From Bdellovibrionota bacterium FG-2 (GTDB lineage Bacteria; Bdellovibrionota; UBA1018), in NCBI GenBank assembly GCA_051382305.1, contig JBBCAV010000018.1, positions 1-10,106 of the forward strand: DNA of 10,106 nucleotides, given 5' to 3'. Both the position numbers and the translations under genes were made by a program. Shown one piece after another: positions 7,505 to 10,106 of this stretch (within the stretch, counting starts at the first letter, position 1; every line of letters begins with the position of its first letter). The notes under the pieces were generated by a model. That model had not been told where the DNA came from. It ran no database searches and saw nothing but the letters and a program-made list of their open reading frames with translations.

Positions 7505-9391
7505 GTGCAACATAAAATCTCTTCAGTTTTAAACCGTTCTCTTTTTTGGTTTGGTTTGCTCGCAATCGGAATCTACTGGTACTCGATTCATCCTCCGGGG
7601 TTTGGTCGTGGTTATAGTGAGGATATGTGCACAGACATTGTGCGACAGATGATGTCAGAAACGATTGAGCAGTGGGGTTCGCCCAAATTTTGGACGGATA
7701 GATTCATGGCCCCTGGGGGCGGCTCAGTACCATTTATGTCCTGGTCGATTGAGCGGGATTGGCTGGGAGCGGTTTTTTGGAAATGGAACCGTGATTTCCC
7801 ATTTTTGTGGGCCTATTTTGGTTTTTCTCTGCTCGTTTCCTATTTGGGGGTCGGATTTATTTTGCGAAAGATGCAGCTCACGCGCGCCGCCGCTTGGGGA
7901 ATTGCGACGCTCGCTGTTGTTCTTCATGTGCCTCGGCATTTTAAGATTTGGCATCACTATGAACATCTGCTTGAACATTGGATCTATTGGAGTGTGTTTT
8001 TAGACGCTTGGATTTGGCAGCGTTTCTTGCGTGAAAAACGGTTTTCTTTGAGCTTAGAGATTTGGCGTGGAGTGTTTCTCCTCGGAGTTTTGGGGACGAC
8101 GGGCTACTTTTGGGGCCCGATGATTTTTGAGTGGTTAGTTGTGCGCGGGTTTCTCGTAGCGAGTTTTCTGTGGCTCTGGGGTAAGCAACGTCAACAGCCG
8201 GAACTCCAATGGGCGTGGGGCGTGCGGCAGGCAGTGTTGCCAATTGGATTGCTGCTCGTGCTTTTGTGGATTGATGTCCAATGGTTTTTGCCGCTTTTTG
8301 ATGAAGTTCGAAATCTGGGAGAAGTTTGGCAGCCGCTGGGTTGGTTTGGACATTTGCTATTTTTCCTGCGTCCTCTTTGGTCAGAACACTTTGTGGCAGG
8401 GGTGAACTCCATTCTGCAGACGATTCACGTTCCTTTGGTTTGGAAAATTCAACCCCTTGATGTCCCTGAAACGGTCAGCACCATTGGGTACATATTTTGG
8501 GTTCCCGTGGTTTTGGGGGTTTGGTTTTCGCGGCGAAAAAAAGGAGGGGATGGCCTGATGCTTTTGGCGCCCTTCGTGGCGATTGTTGTTTTCGGAATTT
8601 TCTTCGCGTCTCATCTTTTTCCTGATTTTATCTATCGACTCATTCAGCAGCTCGTTCCGTTTATGAAGTATTTTCGGGTGGCCACGCGCTGGAGTTTGAT
8701 TTTTCCGGCTGTTTTTGGGGCGCTTATTGCGCTGTCGTGGTCGCGCCTTGTGGTGTTTACCAAGTCGGCTTGGAAGGAGCGCCGGGGGATGCGCTTTTTG
8801 CTTTTGTGCTTTGCCGCCCTTTCGATTTTGGAGTGCACTTGGCTTACATTTCCCGTAAATGCTTTGCCGGAGATGACGCCCAAGTTTCAGGGGATGCTCG
8901 AAAAGGTTCGAGACATGCCGGGGACCACGGTCCTTGATTTGCCTTTTTGTGTGGCGGGCGGAAACGGGGTTTGTACCGGAGAGCAATGCCCGAATTATCC
9001 TGCATCCACGGCGGGAATGTGCATGAGAGAGTGGCACGATAAAAAAGTCTATGGGCTTTACCAGTCCCGCATGACCGAGTCGCATTGTCAGGCCTACAAG
9101 AAGTGGCCCTATCACTCTTGGTTTAAGGCTTGGCGCGAGCAAAGGTGTTTTTCGGAATATGAGTGGACGGACTTTTGCCAGTATCTATCGCAGCATACGG
9201 AACTCTCGGCCATTTTTCTTTACCCCGATGTGTGGGTGGGCGCGGGAAAGCCCGAGTGCATGCAAAAATTTGTGGAAAACCTTGGAGAACCTCTAGGGCA
9301 GGCCTCTTATATGGCGGCACCGACCCGCGGAGGGCGGGGGGCTCATCCTTCGCGGTTAGTGTGGTTCGGGGCGCAATGTAAGGGTCGGTGA
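7505..9391 (+). CDS. Polytopic membrane protein with Cys-rich C-terminal domain, possible GT-C/YfhO-like glycosyltransferase
   Basis: 628-aa ORF with GTG start. N-terminal TM is followed by an acidic loop (YSEDMCTD), then multiple TMs, FRVATRWSLI in a late loop, and VLDLP ... HDKKVYGLYQSR in the soluble C-domain. Coding status is strong; function is inferred. Confidence 0.6.
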   Translation: MQHKISSVLNRSLFWFGLLAIGIYWYSIHPPGFGRGYSEDMCTDIVRQMMSETIEQWGSPKFWTDRFMAPGGGSVPFMSWSIERDWLGAVFWKWNRDFPFLWAYFGFSLLVSYLGVGFILRKMQLTRAAAWGIATLAVVLHVPRHFKIWHHYEHLLEHWIYWSVFLDAWIWQRFLREKRFSLSLEIWRGVFLLGVLGTTGYFWGPMIFEWLVVRGFLVASFLWLWGKQRQQPELQWAWGVRQAVLPIGLLLVLLWIDVQWFLPLFDEVRNLGEVWQPLGWFGHLLFFLRPLWSEHFVAGVNSILQTIHVPLVWKIQPLDVPETVSTIGYIFWVPVVLGVWFSRRKKGGDGLMLLAPFVAIVVFGIFFASHLFPDFIYRLIQQLVPFMKYFRVATRWSLIFPAVFGALIALSWSRLVVFTKSAWKERRGMRFLLLCFAALSILECTWLTFPVNALPEMTPKFQGMLEKVRDMPGTTVLDLPFCVAGGNGVCTGEQCPNYPASTAGMCMREWHDKKVYGLYQSRMTESHCQAYKKWPYHSWFKAWREQRCFSEYEWTDFCQYLSQHTELSAIFLYPDVWVGAGKPECMQKFVENLGEPLGQASYMAAPTRGGRGAHPSRLVWFGAQCKGR

Positions 9392-9790
9392 TTACTTCGT
9401 CCAGTTTTCAATTCGGAGCTTTTTGACTCGAGAGAATTCCCGTTCGTCATTGGTGATCAGCACGGCTTCGAGACTCAGTGCATGTCCCGCAATCATCATA
9501 TCTAAAGGACCCATTAATCGACCGCTTCGCTCTAGATCGGCCCGGATCTTTCCATAAGTGAACGATGCCGCAGTATCGAAGGGTAGAATCTCGATCGGTA
9601 ACAAAAATAAGTCTAAGGCATCACTATTTTTCTTAGGGAAACCACTCTTTTCAACTCCATAACGAAGTTCGGCAAGAGTAATAGCAGAAATCGCAATGTC
9701 AGTGACGCTATGACTCTGAATATTCTTCAAGAGCGCTTGGGATTGTTTACGGATTAGGTAGATGCAAATGTTTGTATCGAGCAAATACAT
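9392..9790 (-). CDS. vapC: PIN-domain ribonuclease toxin VapC
   Basis: YLLDTNICIY, ISAITLAELRYG, GPLDMMIAGHA, LITNDEREFSRV: the conserved PIN acidic residues are present. 132 aa. TAATG overlap with vapB. Confidence 0.96.
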   Translation of the reverse strand: MYLLDTNICIYLIRKQSQALLKNIQSHSVTDIAISAITLAELRYGVEKSGFPKKNSDALDLFLLPIEILPFDTAASFTYGKIRADLERSGRLMGPLDMMIAGHALSLEAVLITNDEREFSRVKKLRIENWTK

Positions 9791-10023
9791 TAGTCGAAAA
9801 GTCCCTCGCGCTTCTGGTGTCCGGGCTGGTTCCTTTCTTTCAGGAAATCATCAGAAAACAGCTCTAGACTATCTATCAGCGTTTGCCAGGGCTGATCTTT
9901 TGGGAGCAATACCACGGCATTTCCAATCTTTCGTATGAAGACTTCGTCGCCGCCAAACCTGAATTCTTTTGGCAGACGAACAGCCTGACTTTGTCCATTG
10001 GTGAACAGTTTAGCTTTTCTCAT
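9790..10023 (-). CDS. vapB: AbrB/SpoVT-type antitoxin VapB
   Basis: AKLFTNGQSQAVRLPKEFRF...EVFIRKIGNAVVLLP...W...FSDDF...R. 77 aa, immediately upstream of vapC, with GAGGG just upstream of the ATG. Confidence 0.95.
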   Translation of the reverse strand: MRKAKLFTNGQSQAVRLPKEFRFGGDEVFIRKIGNAVVLLPKDQPWQTLIDSLELFSDDFLKERNQPGHQKREGLFD

Positions 10024-10106
10024 AAACCCTCAATACAAAGTATATACTTTGTATTGAGGGTTTATGAGAAAAGCTAAACTGTTCACCAATGGACAAAGTC
10101 AGGCTG
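9981..10106. repeat. Perfect 126-bp palindrome (63-bp arms, no spacer) reaching the window end
   Basis: 10044..10106 is the exact reverse complement of 9981..10043. The centre is AAAGTAT|ATACTTT, between 10043 and 10044. Confidence 0.98.
10064..10106 (+). other. Mirror-image copy of the vapB 5' end (MRKAKLFTNGQSQA...), truncated at window end
   Basis: ATG at 10064 begins a sequence identical to the first 43 nt of vapB. It is a direct consequence of the palindrome and may not be a real second gene. Confidence 0.6.

Noticed and set aside
7476..7565. N-terminal 30 aa of the track's 566-aa ORF (TTG start at 7565)
   Set aside because: It would overlap the divergent gene head-to-head. ATG 7475 sits directly before the first TM helix and is the more economical start.
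8381..9142. 253-aa antisense ORF (also 6462..7040, 2850..3329 and other short track ORFs)
   Set aside because: These lie wholly opposite or within well-supported genes and have no motifs. The K/Q/R/H-rich composition of the ones opposite the membrane genes is what the antisense of hydrophobic codons produces.
9883..10077. 64-aa plus-strand ORF crossing the palindrome centre
   Set aside because: It is antisense to vapB and partly created by the fold-back; no coding evidence.

Overview
Mostly housekeeping bacterial DNA, read with genetic code 11. The 1237..1785 protein and general style loosely suggest Bdellovibrionota/Oligoflexia, but that is inference only. Left to right: (1) a minus-strand deoC-deoB operon, with deoB cut by the window edge and missing from the ORF track; (2) a plus-strand run of a small glycine-rich membrane protein, a very large RNase E/G-family nuclease and prmA; (3) a head-to-head pair of polytopic membrane proteins with GT-C glycosyltransferase-like features; (4) a minus-strand vapBC toxin-antitoxin pair; (5) a perfect 126-bp palindrome that runs to the last base. 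Best leads: DeoC has a long N-terminal extension resembling a microcompartment encapsulation peptide, plus an echo of its own C-terminal motif. The RNase has a ~265-aa charge-blocked disordered insert inside its S1 domain. Its frame also stays open for 67 codons past the TGA and closes 17 nt before prmA (readthrough, recent nonsense mutation or sequence error). The terminal fold-back is either a hairpin end/inverted duplication or an amplification/assembly artefact seeded at the vapBC operator region.
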